From Longimicrobiales bacterium (lineage in GTDB: Bacteria; Gemmatimonadota; Gemmatimonadetes; Longimicrobiales; Gaopeijiaceae): a stretch of 64,000 nt of DNA. The stretch covers positions 256,001 through 320,000 of the forward strand of contig CBDDCX010000006.1 of NCBI GenBank assembly GCA_965226375.1, given 5' to 3'. Made by a program: the position numbers and the translations under genes. Shown here piece after piece: positions 29,327-39,216 of this stretch. Below the pieces are notes generated by a model. It saw only the letters and a program-made list of their open reading frames with translations. It was not told the origin of the DNA and ran no database searches. Numbering within the stretch: position 1 is the first letter of the stretch; each line of letters begins with the position of its first letter.

Positions 29327-30142
29327 ACCACATCGATCGATACAGAAGCCCGGCCCGAGATCTTCGCAACCGACGATGCTCTGCATATGGGGGGGCGGCG
29401 GTTCGACTCCCGCCTGTTCGTGGGGACCGGCAAGTACGCGGACAACGACACCATGGTGGCGGCGATCAGGGCGTCGGGAACGGCCATGGTCACCGTGGCC
29501 GTGCGCCGGGTCGATCTGGATCGCACCAAGGAGGAGGGCATTCTCTTCCACCTGGATCCCGACGAGTTCTTCCTGCTCCCGAACACCGCCGGTTGCTACA
29601 CGGCCGAAGACGCTATCCGCTACGCCCGTTTGGCCAGGGCGGCGGGCTTCAGCGAGTGGCTGAAGCTCGAGGTGATCGGCGATGAGACCACCCTCCTGCC
29701 CGACACACAAGCCACGGTAGAGGCCGCCAAGACGTTGGTCGACGAAGGCTTCAAAATCATGGCCTACACCAACGACGACGTGATCACGGCCCTACGGCTC
29801 GAGGACGTCGGGTGCGTGGCCGTCATGCCCCTCGCCAGTCCTATCGGTAGTGGGCTGGGCGTGGTGAACCCGTACTTCATCCGTGAGATCAAGCGGCGTT
29901 GCGAGGTGCCCATCATCGTCGACGCCGGTGTGGGTACGGCATCCGACGCTTGCGTCACCATGGAGCAGGGAGTGGACGGGGTGCTGATGAACACGGCCAT
30001 CGCCGCTGCCGATGATCCGGTCGCCATGGCCCGCGCCATGCGGTTGGCCATTCAGGCGGGCCGGTTGGCCTATCTCGCGGGGCGCATGGAGGCCAAAGAG
30101 ATCGCGATTCCGTCATCTCCCACCCGGGGGATGCTGGACTGA
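29324..30142 (+). CDS. thiG: thiazole synthase
   Basis: SRLFVGTGKY, LPNTAGC, KLEVIGD..TLLPD, VMPLASPIGSG, DAGVG. Confidence 0.98.
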   Translation: MTTSIDTEARPEIFATDDALHMGGRRFDSRLFVGTGKYADNDTMVAAIRASGTAMVTVAVRRVDLDRTKEEGILFHLDPDEFFLLPNTAGCYTAEDAIRYARLARAAGFSEWLKLEVIGDETTLLPDTQATVEAAKTLVDEGFKIMAYTNDDVITALRLEDVGCVAVMPLASPIGSGLGVVNPYFIREIKRRCEVPIIVDAGVGTASDACVTMEQGVDGVLMNTAIAAADDPVAMARAMRLAIQAGRLAYLAGRMEAKEIAIPSSPTRGMLD

Positions 30143-30176
30143 GCCCGCTCTTCGACGCCCCGCCGGCTCTGGAGCC

Positions 30177-31520
30177 GTGACGTCCCCCGAGTCCGGGACG
30201 GGGGTGACGCCCGCCCGGCAGGCGGCGCTGGAGATGCTCACCGCGGTCAAGCGCGGCCAGCGCGTGGACCGGGCCTTTGCCGATTCGGCGCGTGACCTCG
30301 ACCCCCGCGAACGAGCGTGGTGCCGTGAGTTGGTGTACGGCGTCCAGCGCCTTCGCGGCCGTCTCGACTATCTGCTTGACCGGAGGGTTCGGAGGGGACT
30401 CGATTCTGTAGCCCCCGAGGTGCTCGACGTCCTCCGACTGGGCGTGTATCAGATCCTTTACATGGACGGCGTACCGGAATATGCGGCCGTGTCTCAGACC
30501 GTGGACCTGGCCCGGGCGGTGGGAGGTAAGGGTGCGGCGGGGTTCGTAAACGCCATCATGCGAGCGACCGTTCGCGAGAGACCGGGCCAAGAGCACTTCC
30601 CGGACTTCGAGTCCGACCCGGCAGGTTTTCTGTCCACATGGGGATCACACCCCCGGTGGATCGTGGAACGCTGGCTCGCTCGATGGTCGGCGGCGGAGGT
30701 CCGCCGGCTGGTCGACGCGAACAATGAGGTGCCTCCCATCTACCTGCGGTGTCTCCGGGACACGCCTGAGGATGCCACCAAGATCCTTGCCGACGCCGGG
30801 TTGGAGGCGGAGCCGGTGGGTTCTGGCACGGGATGTGTAGTGCTCCTCGGGGGATCCTCTCCCGTCGATGCCATGAGTGTGGTTCCGTCCGTGGTGCAGG
30901 ATCCGGCAGCGGCCCTGGTGGTGCCCTACGCGGATCCCCGGCCCGGTGATCGAGTGGCCGACTTGTGCGCGGCGCCGGGAGGGAAGGCTATGGCCGTGGC
31001 AGCTCGGGGGAACGTGGTGGTGGCGGCCGACCGATCCCTCGAACGCTTGAGGCTGGTACGGGGAAACGTGCGCAGACTCGCAGCCCGACCCTGGGCGGGG
31101 TCGAGCTTTACGGTGTCGTTGGTGCAGGCCGACGCTCTGGCCCCCGTTGTGGAGGGCGCCGACATGGCTCTGCTCGACGTGCCCTGTACGGGGACCGGAA
31201 CCCTCCGGAGGAATCCGGACGCACGTTGGAAGCTCACGCCCGAGCGGCTGGGCGAGTTGGTGGATCTTCAGGAGGGCATCCTGGAGGCGTGCACGAGCGT
31301 AGTACCTCGTGGAGGTCGTTTGGTGTACTCCACGTGTAGCTTGGAACCGGAGGAGAATGAGGACCGGATCTCGGCGTTTTTGGAGCGGCATCCGGAGTTC
31401 GAGTTGGAACCGAGCTCGGGTATAGACGAGGCGTATCTGAATGAGTGGGGCCAGCTCTACGTGCTGCCCCAGGAGTACGGGTTCGACGGTGCTTACGCGG
31501 CCCGACTGAGAAAGCGATGA
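30177..31520 (+). CDS. rsmB: 16S rRNA (cytosine967-C5) methyltransferase
   Basis: NusB-like N-domain; DLCAAPGGK, DVPCTGTG..RRNPD, YSTCS..PEENE; GTG start with SD GGAG. Confidence 0.95.
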   Translation: MTSPESGTGVTPARQAALEMLTAVKRGQRVDRAFADSARDLDPRERAWCRELVYGVQRLRGRLDYLLDRRVRRGLDSVAPEVLDVLRLGVYQILYMDGVPEYAAVSQTVDLARAVGGKGAAGFVNAIMRATVRERPGQEHFPDFESDPAGFLSTWGSHPRWIVERWLARWSAAEVRRLVDANNEVPPIYLRCLRDTPEDATKILADAGLEAEPVGSGTGCVVLLGGSSPVDAMSVVPSVVQDPAAALVVPYADPRPGDRVADLCAAPGGKAMAVAARGNVVVAADRSLERLRLVRGNVRRLAARPWAGSSFTVSLVQADALAPVVEGADMALLDVPCTGTGTLRRNPDARWKLTPERLGELVDLQEGILEACTSVVPRGGRLVYSTCSLEPEENEDRISAFLERHPEFELEPSSGIDEAYLNEWGQLYVLPQEYGFDGAYAARLRKR

Positions 31521-31536
31521 GGCGAGAGCGGCGGGG

Positions 31537-32373
31537 ATGAGACTAGGAAGCTCGATTCGACAAAGGCGCGGCGGCGGGAAGCTTCGTCTGGAATCCATCC
31601 GCACCTGGTGGCGGGGCGTGCGGAGCTATAGGCCCACGCCCGGTACCTGGGGCGTGGTGGCCTCTGTGCTGTTGGTGGGGTTCGGACTCGGTTACCTGCT
31701 CTCCACACGAGTCCTCTTTCCCGTTCCCGCCCGCCCCCGAGACCTCGTCGAGGTCCCGGATGTCCGCGGCGTCGACCGTTCTGCCGCGCTGGAAGCGGTG
31801 CGCGCTGCAGGGCTCCGGATGGCGGTTGTGGATTCGTTCAGCCATCCGATAGCGGTCCGAGGCGAGGTGCTGGGCCAGAGCCCCTTGGCCGGCCAACTCT
31901 CCGTTGCCGGTGACACAGTCCGTCTCACGGTGAGCCTCGGTCCGGTCCGGCGGCCGGTGCCCGACGTTGTCCGGCTCAGGGCGGAGAGGGCCCGTGACGT
32001 GCTTGAGGCGAGCGGGTTCCTGGTGGCGGTGGACAGCTTGCAAGCTGATCTACCGGCCGGCTATGTGGTGGAGGTGCTCCCGGAGCCGGGGACCGAAGTG
32101 GATCTTCCCATGGAGGTTCGCATTGCCGTGAGCACGGGCCCGCCCCTGGTGACCATGCCGCTGCTGCTGGGAATCGAGCAGGCCACGGCCGAAGCGATGC
32201 TGGACTCATTGGGCTTCGTGGTGTCGGAGATACTCACCCGATTCCGCTTCGGTCGCGACCAGGGACGCGTTGTCGAGCAGGACCCGCAGCCGGACAGCCT
32301 GCTTCCCCCGGGAAGCCCGGTCCGTCTGGTCGTTGGAAGGCGCTCGAATACGCGCAGAAATCGCAGGAACTAA
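31537..32373 (+). CDS. membrane-anchored protein with three PASTA domains
   Basis: One TM segment then three VPDV.G...Q.P.....V.L.VS repeats. Confidence 0.92.
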   Translation: MRLGSSIRQRRGGGKLRLESIRTWWRGVRSYRPTPGTWGVVASVLLVGFGLGYLLSTRVLFPVPARPRDLVEVPDVRGVDRSAALEAVRAAGLRMAVVDSFSHPIAVRGEVLGQSPLAGQLSVAGDTVRLTVSLGPVRRPVPDVVRLRAERARDVLEASGFLVAVDSLQADLPAGYVVEVLPEPGTEVDLPMEVRIAVSTGPPLVTMPLLLGIEQATAEAMLDSLGFVVSEILTRFRFGRDQGRVVEQDPQPDSLLPPGSPVRLVVGRRSNTRRNRRN

Positions 32374-32420
32374 TTAGATTTATTGCCGTAGCAGTGGACA
32401 CACCTTCGGCTAGAAGTGAC

Positions 32421-33002
32421 ATGACCTCGGACGATACCCCAAAGCCGAGATACTCCCGCCTCCCTTATGCCTTCGCGCTCTTGGGCGTGGGTCTCGTGGT
32501 GCTCACGGCGTGGATCAATCGAGATCGGCTCCAGCCGGTAATGCCGGGCACCCCCGCACCCGAGTTCGCGGTGCCCGATCTGGACGGTAACGTGGTGCGT
32601 CTCAGCGACCATCGGGGCCAAGTGGTGATGGTTAGCATCTGGGCGACCTGGTGCGGCCCCTGCCGATACGAGATGCCCTCCATGGAGCGCCTCTACCAGG
32701 AGCTGGCCGACGACGGGCTTGAGATCTTGGCCGTAAGCATCGACGCCGACCCCGGCGCGTTCGACCTGTTTGGACGCCCCGGGGGTGACATCCAGGAATT
32801 CGCGGACTCACTGGGGCTGACTTTTCCGTTGCTCCACAACCCCTCCGGCGACATCCAACAGCTGTATCAGACCACGGGCGTGCCTGAGACGTTTCTGGTC
32901 GGGAGGGACGGGATCATCTACAAGAAAGTGGCCGGGGGGACCGAGTGGGATGCGCCTGATCACCAGGAGCTGATCGAGCGGCTCTTGGCGGCCTCGGAGT
33001 GA
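32421..33002 (+). CDS. TlpA/ResA-family thiol-disulfide reductase
   Basis: TM anchor; WATWCGPCR.EMP; GVPETF. Confidence 0.95.
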   Translation: MTSDDTPKPRYSRLPYAFALLGVGLVVLTAWINRDRLQPVMPGTPAPEFAVPDLDGNVVRLSDHRGQVVMVSIWATWCGPCRYEMPSMERLYQELADDGLEILAVSIDADPGAFDLFGRPGGDIQEFADSLGLTFPLLHNPSGDIQQLYQTTGVPETFLVGRDGIIYKKVAGGTEWDAPDHQELIERLLAASE

Positions 33003-33034
33003 CCCACCGACCCTCTCTGTCGATCGGATAGGCC

Positions 33035-34006
33035 GTGAGATCCCGTTCCTACGGAGGATCGCTCGCCAGCAACTGGCGGCTCAAGCTCTCGGCCTTCTTT
33101 CTGGCGGTCTTCCTCTGGGCTCTGGTTCGGGTGGGATCGCCTGATCAGCGGGCCGTCTCTATTCCGGTCACCGTCAGCTTGAACGATCCCGACTGGATTC
33201 TCATGGACGACCCCGTGCCGGCTACCGTAGAGGTACGATTCAGCGGTCCGCCGACCGAAGTCTTCCGCCTCACCGCCATCGACGGGGTTTCCATTACGGT
33301 GCCCGTCACCGAGGTCGCCGGTGAGGAAATGGTGATTGCCCTGCAAGACGCGTGGATCCCTGTGGACGGTTACCCGGGCGTCATCGTCGAAGATATTCTT
33401 CCGAGCACCGTCCACGTGCACCTCGATCACGTGGAGACGGCCTCGATTCCGGTGCGAATCACCACACGGGGGAGCCTGCCGGAGCACCTGGCCTTGATCC
33501 GGTCCCTATCCGTGACGCCCAGTGCGGTACGCGTCAGCGGGCCGGCCAGTCTGGTACAGCAACTGGACTCGCTGGACATCGTGCCCGTGGATCTGGGTGA
33601 GGTGGACGAGCGCGGTGCCGTCCAGACCACGGTCGACACTGTGGGGCTGGCCCGCATCACCGTGATCCCTTCGGAGATCACCGTGAGAATCCCCGTTGAG
33701 GAGTCCATCGACAGGGTGCTGGCGTCCATGCCCGTGTTGGCCGACGTCGGGGGTGAGTTGGAGGAAGAGAGTGGTACTCTGGAGATTCTCCCGGCGACGA
33801 TTCAGCTCACGCTTCGCGGCGCGCGGACCCAGGTAGCGAACTTGGATCCGCGTCGCTTGCGCGTGGTGGTACCGTCCGCCGAGCTACTGGGCCTGGGGGT
33901 GTCCGAAGAGCGTAGAGTGCCGATCGTGGTGGAAGGGCTTCCCAGCTACATGTCCGTTTCGCCTGATGTGGACACCGTGGTGGTGCGCCGGCAAACGGAG
34001 CCATGA
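33035..34006 (+). CDS. CdaR/YbbR-like protein
   Basis: NW.LKL.A..LA..LW anchor; repeated P..V.V..SGP YbbR-type domains. Confidence 0.85.
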   Translation: MRSRSYGGSLASNWRLKLSAFFLAVFLWALVRVGSPDQRAVSIPVTVSLNDPDWILMDDPVPATVEVRFSGPPTEVFRLTAIDGVSITVPVTEVAGEEMVIALQDAWIPVDGYPGVIVEDILPSTVHVHLDHVETASIPVRITTRGSLPEHLALIRSLSVTPSAVRVSGPASLVQQLDSLDIVPVDLGEVDERGAVQTTVDTVGLARITVIPSEITVRIPVEESIDRVLASMPVLADVGGELEEESGTLEILPATIQLTLRGARTQVANLDPRRLRVVVPSAELLGLGVSEERRVPIVVEGLPSYMSVSPDVDTVVVRRQTEP

Positions 34007-35055
34007 GCGGGCCGCTCATCCTGGGCCTCGAGACGAGCTGTGATGAGACTGCGGCGGCCCTGCTCGAGGCGCCCACCAACGTCCGCGGCCACGTAATCCT
34101 GTCTCAGGACGAACACGCACTATACGGTGGAGTGGTCCCGGAGATCGCTGCCCGGGCCCACCTTCAGCGGATCGATGATGTGGTGGAGTGCACTCTCCGT
34201 GAGGCAGGGTGTGTGTTCGCGGACCTGGACGCCGTGGCGGTTACGGCTGGACCCGGCCTTGTCGGAGCGCTGCTGGTGGGGGTGTCCTGGGCCAAGGCGC
34301 TCGCGTTCGGGCTCGGCAAGCCCATGGTCGCCGTCCACCACATGGAGGCCCACCTCTTCGCGCCGTCGCTCGAAGATTCCGCCGCGGAACCACCGTTCGT
34401 GGCGCTCCTGGTTTCGGGCGGCCACACCATGCTGCTCCACGCGCCGGCCTGGGGTGAGTACCACCTCCTGGGCGAGACCCGAGACGATGCTGCGGGCGAG
34501 GCATTCGACAAAGTCGCCAAGGTGCTCGGGCTTCCATATCCGGGGGGGCCAGCCATCCAGGCCCTCGCCTCGGAAGGGGATGAGGCCCGCTACCGGCTCC
34601 CACGCCCCATGCTGCGCACGAACCAGCAGCCCGGCGATGCCGACTTCTACGACTTTTCCTTCAGTGGGCTCAAGACCGCGGTGGCGACGCTCGTCTCGGA
34701 GCTCGACAGCTTGGGTACTCTGCCCGATGAACGGAAGCACGTTGCGGCTTCCTTCCAGGCGGCCGTGGTGGAGGTGCTGGCGAGCAAGACACTCCGGGCC
34801 ACCGAGGAGACCGGGTGCTCACGGGTGCTTCTGGGGGGTGGCGTGTCGGCTAATATTCGCTTGCGAGACGAGTTGGGCCGACGGCTCGATTCCCAAGGGA
34901 CCTTGTTCCACGCCTCGCCTCGACTTTCGCTGGACAACGGGGCCATGGTGGCCCGGGCCGGTGCCTACCGATTGGAGCGCGGAGACGTTGCGCCCCTTGA
35001 TGCGTCCGCGGACCCGAACCTCCCGTTTCCCGGGTTGGTACGAGCCTCGGCATGA
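34003..35055 (+). CDS. tsaD: tRNA N6-threonylcarbamoyladenosine transferase TsaD
   Basis: LGLETSCDET, GGVVPE.AARAH, HHMEAH, VSGGHT, DDAAGEAFDK, DNGAM. Confidence 0.98.
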   Translation: MSGPLILGLETSCDETAAALLEAPTNVRGHVILSQDEHALYGGVVPEIAARAHLQRIDDVVECTLREAGCVFADLDAVAVTAGPGLVGALLVGVSWAKALAFGLGKPMVAVHHMEAHLFAPSLEDSAAEPPFVALLVSGGHTMLLHAPAWGEYHLLGETRDDAAGEAFDKVAKVLGLPYPGGPAIQALASEGDEARYRLPRPMLRTNQQPGDADFYDFSFSGLKTAVATLVSELDSLGTLPDERKHVAASFQAAVVEVLASKTLRATEETGCSRVLLGGGVSANIRLRDELGRRLDSQGTLFHASPRLSLDNGAMVARAGAYRLERGDVAPLDASADPNLPFPGLVRASA

Positions 35056-35068
35056 GAGGACCCTGAGC

Positions 35069-35926
35069 GTGTACCCCATTTTCTTCCGTCTTCCCGAGTG
35101 GTTTCCTTTCATGGGCGGTGAGCCCATCACCTCGTTCGGGGTGTTCATGTTCCTTTCCTTTCTCACCGCCGGCGTGTTGCTACGTCCGGAGATGGAGCGG
35201 GCGGGGGAGGATCCCGAGGTGGCTTGGGACCTGCTGTTCATGGCGGTCCTGGGGGGCATCATCGGGGCCAAGATCTACTATGTGCTCTTGAACTACCCAC
35301 GGCTTTTCGAGGACCCGGCGCGAGCCATCTTCTCCCGCGGCGGGATGGTCTGGTATGGCGGCTTCGGTGGTGCCGTGGCGCTCATCATCTGGGAGATCAA
35401 GCGGAAGAAGCTGCCGCTCGGTAAGATGGCCGATGTCATCGCCCCCACCTTGGCCATCGGGTACGCGGTCGGCCGCATGGGCTGCTTTCTGGTGGGGGAC
35501 GACTATGGCCGACCCACGGCTTCATGGGTAGGCATCCGCTTCCCGCAGGGAACGCCGCCGACCCGAGTAGACGTGCTCCAGAACCAGTTCGGAATCCAGG
35601 TGGATCCCGCCCTCGTCGAACAGTTCGGTCAGGTCGTGCCGGTACACCCCACCCAGCTGTACGAGATCGCCATGGTCAGCCTGATCTTCGTGATCCTCTG
35701 GCGACTACGGATTCATGAACACGGATCAGGATGGCTCTGGTGGATCTGCCTGGCCATGCTGAGCTTCGAGCGCTTCCTGGTCGAGTTCGTGAGGGTCAAG
35801 GATGATCGATTCCTGGGACCGTTCACCATCGCACAGCTCATCGCCATGTCGCTGATCGTCCTCAGCGTGTGGGGAGTGAGTCGTGCGGTCGCTGCCGGAC
35901 GGAAACCGGCGGAGGCGCCGGCCTGA
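35069..35926 (+). CDS. lgt: prolipoprotein diacylglyceryl transferase
   Basis: GTG start (MYPIFF); GGMVWYGG, GRMGCF..GDDYG.PT..W, HPTQLYE, RF.VEF.R. Confidence 0.95.
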   Translation: MYPIFFRLPEWFPFMGGEPITSFGVFMFLSFLTAGVLLRPEMERAGEDPEVAWDLLFMAVLGGIIGAKIYYVLLNYPRLFEDPARAIFSRGGMVWYGGFGGAVALIIWEIKRKKLPLGKMADVIAPTLAIGYAVGRMGCFLVGDDYGRPTASWVGIRFPQGTPPTRVDVLQNQFGIQVDPALVEQFGQVVPVHPTQLYEIAMVSLIFVILWRLRIHEHGSGWLWWICLAMLSFERFLVEFVRVKDDRFLGPFTIAQLIAMSLIVLSVWGVSRAVAAGRKPAEAPA

Positions 35927-35971
35927 GCGGCGGAGGCGTCGGCTTGACCCACCTGCCGAGCTGAGGTCGGG

Positions 35972-36763
35972 ATGCTCACGATCCTACAGGGCTCGGACGT
36001 TCACTTCGGAAAACCGCATCTGCCGCGCGTCGCGGTCGCGTTCCACGAGCTGGCGCGCCAGGCCGAGCCCGACGTCATCGTCCTGGCAGGGGACTTTACG
36101 CAACGAGCCAAGGTCCGGGAGTACCGGCAGGCCCGCGAGTCCATCGATGCGCTGCCGGACGTGCCGGTGATCGTGACACCGGGGAATCACGACATTCCCC
36201 TCTACCGGTTGCACGAACGCCTGTTCGCTCCGCTGCGCAACTACCGGACGCACATCTCGTCCGATCTGGACAGTGTAACCCGAGTGAAAGGAGCGGTTTT
36301 TGTGGCTTTGTGCTCGGCCGAGCCGTACCGGGCCGTCGTCAATGGGCGGCTCGGGGGCGAGCAGCTCGCGTTTGCGGCACGTATCTTCCAGGAGTGTTCC
36401 CCGGAGGACTTATGCATCCTGGTGACGCACCATCCGCTGGTTCGCCCACCGGATGGTGGGTCGGACCACATTCTCCCGGGAAGTGGAGTGCTGCTTGACC
36501 GTTTCCGGGAGATGGGGGTCGAGTTGATCCTGGCAGGGCACCTTCATCGAGGCTATGTCGTAAAATCGTCCGGCGGAGACATCGTCCATGTCCACAGCGG
36601 CACGGCGATGTCGAACCGCGGCCGCATGGCCGAAAAGGGGAGAAACAGCTTGAACGTGCTGGAGATCGGGGTCCATGAGATCGTGGTGACCCCGCACTGG
36701 TTCGAGGAAGACCAGGATCGATTTGTGGCCCGTCCTCCCACCAAAATTGTGAGGATCTCTTGA
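35972..36763 (+). CDS. calcineurin-like metallophosphoesterase
   Basis: SDVHFG, GDFTQ, PGNHD, THHP, GHLH. Confidence 0.93.
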   Translation: MLTILQGSDVHFGKPHLPRVAVAFHELARQAEPDVIVLAGDFTQRAKVREYRQARESIDALPDVPVIVTPGNHDIPLYRLHERLFAPLRNYRTHISSDLDSVTRVKGAVFVALCSAEPYRAVVNGRLGGEQLAFAARIFQECSPEDLCILVTHHPLVRPPDGGSDHILPGSGVLLDRFREMGVELILAGHLHRGYVVKSSGGDIVHVHSGTAMSNRGRMAEKGRNSLNVLEIGVHEIVVTPHWFEEDQDRFVARPPTKIVRIS

Positions 36764-36948
36764 GCCGATTCTATCTTCGCCGAGATCCCGGGCCACACGA
36801 GAACCTCGGTGCGGTTGCGGTTGCCTTCAGCGTGGGGGCCGTTGTGTTCTACTTCGTGCGCATGATCCTGGCACGAGAGGGTCTCGAACGGGAGGCTCCG
36901 AAGCGGCTTTCCAAGACCGGATTCGACGTGGCGGACTCGGACAGATAG
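36760..36948 (+). CDS. small single-TM hypothetical protein
   Basis: Start overlaps the upstream stop (TTGA); one TM helix; ends 8 nt before tamA. Confidence 0.65.
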   Translation: MSRFYLRRDPGPHENLGAVAVAFSVGAVVFYFVRMILAREGLEREAPKRLSKTGFDVADSDR

Positions 36949-36956
36949 GCCCCGAC

Positions 36957-39215
36957 GTGCGCGCCGCCACCCTTTCCGTGCTCCTGATCCTGGTGGCCCC
37001 CGCGGGAGCGTTTTCGGGCATGGGTGCGCTGATGGCCCAGAACTCTGCGGTAGAACTCAGCCACATCGAGTTTCGTGGCAATCTGGCGTTCCCCGAGGAC
37101 TCCCTGTCGAGAGCCATCTTCAACCGTGAAACGCGGTGCCGGTCGTTTGTTCTGGCTCCCTTCTGCATTTTCGGAGCTGGATTCAGCATCGATGATCAAA
37201 CGCTCAACCCGCGTGAGCTTCCGAGAGATATTCTCCGGCTGCGGACGTACTACAGCAGTCGCGGCTTCAAAGAGGCACAGGTCGACACGGTGGTTACCAG
37301 ACCGGTCGACGATGGGGTGTCGATCCTCTTCCAAATAGATGAGGGGCGCCCGGTGCGGGTGGCCACCCTCGAGGTCCTGGGGATCGACGGACTCGAGGAG
37401 CTGGACCTGGCCGTCGATCTGCCGATCCAGGAGGGTGACCTTCTCAGCTCCATCGACCTCGATGCGGCGCGTGATACGTTGATCCAGCGCCTTCAGAACC
37501 GGGGATATCCCCGTGCCGACGTGATGCGCACGTCGCTGGTCCCGGCCGACACCCCCTACCAGGCTCGTGTGACCTTCGAGGTGGATGCGGGCCCCCACGC
37601 CGTATTTGGCCCGGTCACGCTCGTCGGGAACGACAAACTGTCCGATGGCGTCGTGCGGCGTATGCTGCCCTTCCGGGAAGGACAGGAGTATTCGCAAGCC
37701 CGCAGGCTAGAGGCCCAGCGCAACCTCTACTCCATCGAGATGGTCCAGCACGCCGCCATAGACGAGGCCCTGGATCCGGCTGGTTCGCTGCCAGATTCGG
37801 TCGTACCGCTCCAGGTCACGGTGACTGAGGGTACCGTGCACCGGGTGCGCACGGGCACGGGGTGGAGCACGTCGGACTGTGTGAACGCCGAGGGCCGATG
37901 GACCAGCCGGAACTTCTTCGGCGGAGCGCGGCGCCTCCAGCTTCGGGCACGCTTGTCCAACCTCATGGCCGAGCAGCTTCACGACGAGATCTGCCAGCAG
38001 GCAGGGGTGGGGGAGTTCGGGGGCGTCAATTGGCTGGTGTCGGCAGACTTCAGCCAACCGTGGATCTTCAACCAGCGCTTTGCGCTCGGCGTGAGCCTGT
38101 TCAACGAGCGCCAGAGCCTTCAGGACGTGTATGTGCGGCAGGCCGTGGGTGTCGATCTCTCCTTGTCGCGCACGGTGGGCCCATACACGTCGATCAGCTT
38201 CGCCTATCGGCCCCAACTCACGCAGCTGGAAGCGGCTGAGGTGTTTTTCTGCACAACATTCCTGGTCTGCACGCCCGAGGACATCTCGGCTCTTCAGGAT
38301 CCGAACTGGCTGGCACCTTTGGCCTTCAACTTCGTGCGTGACCGCGCCAACAGTCTCCTGAACCCGACCCGGGGCTATCAGGTGCTCTTCAACGTGGAGC
38401 ACGCCTCCGCCATTACCGGATCCAACTTTCACTACAACCGACTTTTCGGTGGGGTGACGAGGTACATGGAATTGGGCCGTGGCCAGGTGCTCGCAGCCCG
38501 AGTTCAGGGAGGGTGGATCGGGGCCGGTTCGTTCGCCCTGTTTGGTGGTGGAGTCGACATCATTCACCCGCAGAAGCGGTTCTACTCCGGCGGCGCGAAC
38601 AGCGTGCGGGGTTTCGCCCAAAACCAACAGGGGCCCCGGGTGCTCACCGTGGACGTGACGCCCTTACTCTCCGATGTGTCCGAGACCGTCGGACCATCGT
38701 GCGTGCCTGCAGAGGTCATGGACCTGACCTGCGACGCGAACCCCTTGGACGACCCGGCGTTCGGTACGCCACGCCCCACCGGGGGCCGGGTGTTGTTGGA
38801 GGGCGGCCTCGAGTACCGTGTGCCGATGGGCCCGCGTGTGGAGGCCGCCGTCTTCGCCGACTTTGGCCGGGTTTGGGCCGAGGAGGAGTCGGCTGACGCG
38901 AGTAGCTTCGAGGTGGCGCCGGGCTTCGGCATCCGCTACTTGAGCCCCATTGGGCCTATCCGCGTCGATGTCGGCTACCGCTTCCGTGGGATCGAAGATC
39001 TTCGGGTCGTCACCTCTCAGATCCGCCCCTTCGACCCGACCATGGATAGCGATGAGGACAAGATCATCCGGTTCGTGAACGGTGCGCCAGAGAGGCTCGA
39101 TTTCGTGCTCGTGGACGATTTGGCGGTGTTGGGACCCGAGGTAGCGTATGGCCCCGACCCCGGCTTCTCCTTGAGCCGTTTTCAACTCCACCTGAGCATC
39201 GGCCAGGCGTTCTGA
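36957..39215 (+). CDS. tamA: Omp85 family protein (three POTRA plus barrel), TamA-like
   Basis: POTRA motifs (Y.SRGF, L.NRGY); FYSGG.NSVRGF; G.RYLSPIGPIRVD; HLSIGQAF; paired with tamB. Confidence 0.88.
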   Translation: MRAATLSVLLILVAPAGAFSGMGALMAQNSAVELSHIEFRGNLAFPEDSLSRAIFNRETRCRSFVLAPFCIFGAGFSIDDQTLNPRELPRDILRLRTYYSSRGFKEAQVDTVVTRPVDDGVSILFQIDEGRPVRVATLEVLGIDGLEELDLAVDLPIQEGDLLSSIDLDAARDTLIQRLQNRGYPRADVMRTSLVPADTPYQARVTFEVDAGPHAVFGPVTLVGNDKLSDGVVRRMLPFREGQEYSQARRLEAQRNLYSIEMVQHAAIDEALDPAGSLPDSVVPLQVTVTEGTVHRVRTGTGWSTSDCVNAEGRWTSRNFFGGARRLQLRARLSNLMAEQLHDEICQQAGVGEFGGVNWLVSADFSQPWIFNQRFALGVSLFNERQSLQDVYVRQAVGVDLSLSRTVGPYTSISFAYRPQLTQLEAAEVFFCTTFLVCTPEDISALQDPNWLAPLAFNFVRDRANSLLNPTRGYQVLFNVEHASAITGSNFHYNRLFGGVTRYMELGRGQVLAARVQGGWIGAGSFALFGGGVDIIHPQKRFYSGGANSVRGFAQNQQGPRVLTVDVTPLLSDVSETVGPSCVPAEVMDLTCDANPLDDPAFGTPRPTGGRVLLEGGLEYRVPMGPRVEAAVFADFGRVWAEEESADASSFEVAPGFGIRYLSPIGPIRVDVGYRFRGIEDLRVVTSQIRPFDPTMDSDEDKIIRFVNGAPERLDFVLVDDLAVLGPEVAYGPDPGFSLSRFQLHLSIGQAF

Positions 39216-39216
39216 G

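Noticed and set aside
34127..35068. 599-aa extended Lgt
   Set aside because: The N-terminal part is an off-frame shadow of tsaD; Lgt similarity starts at GTG 35069
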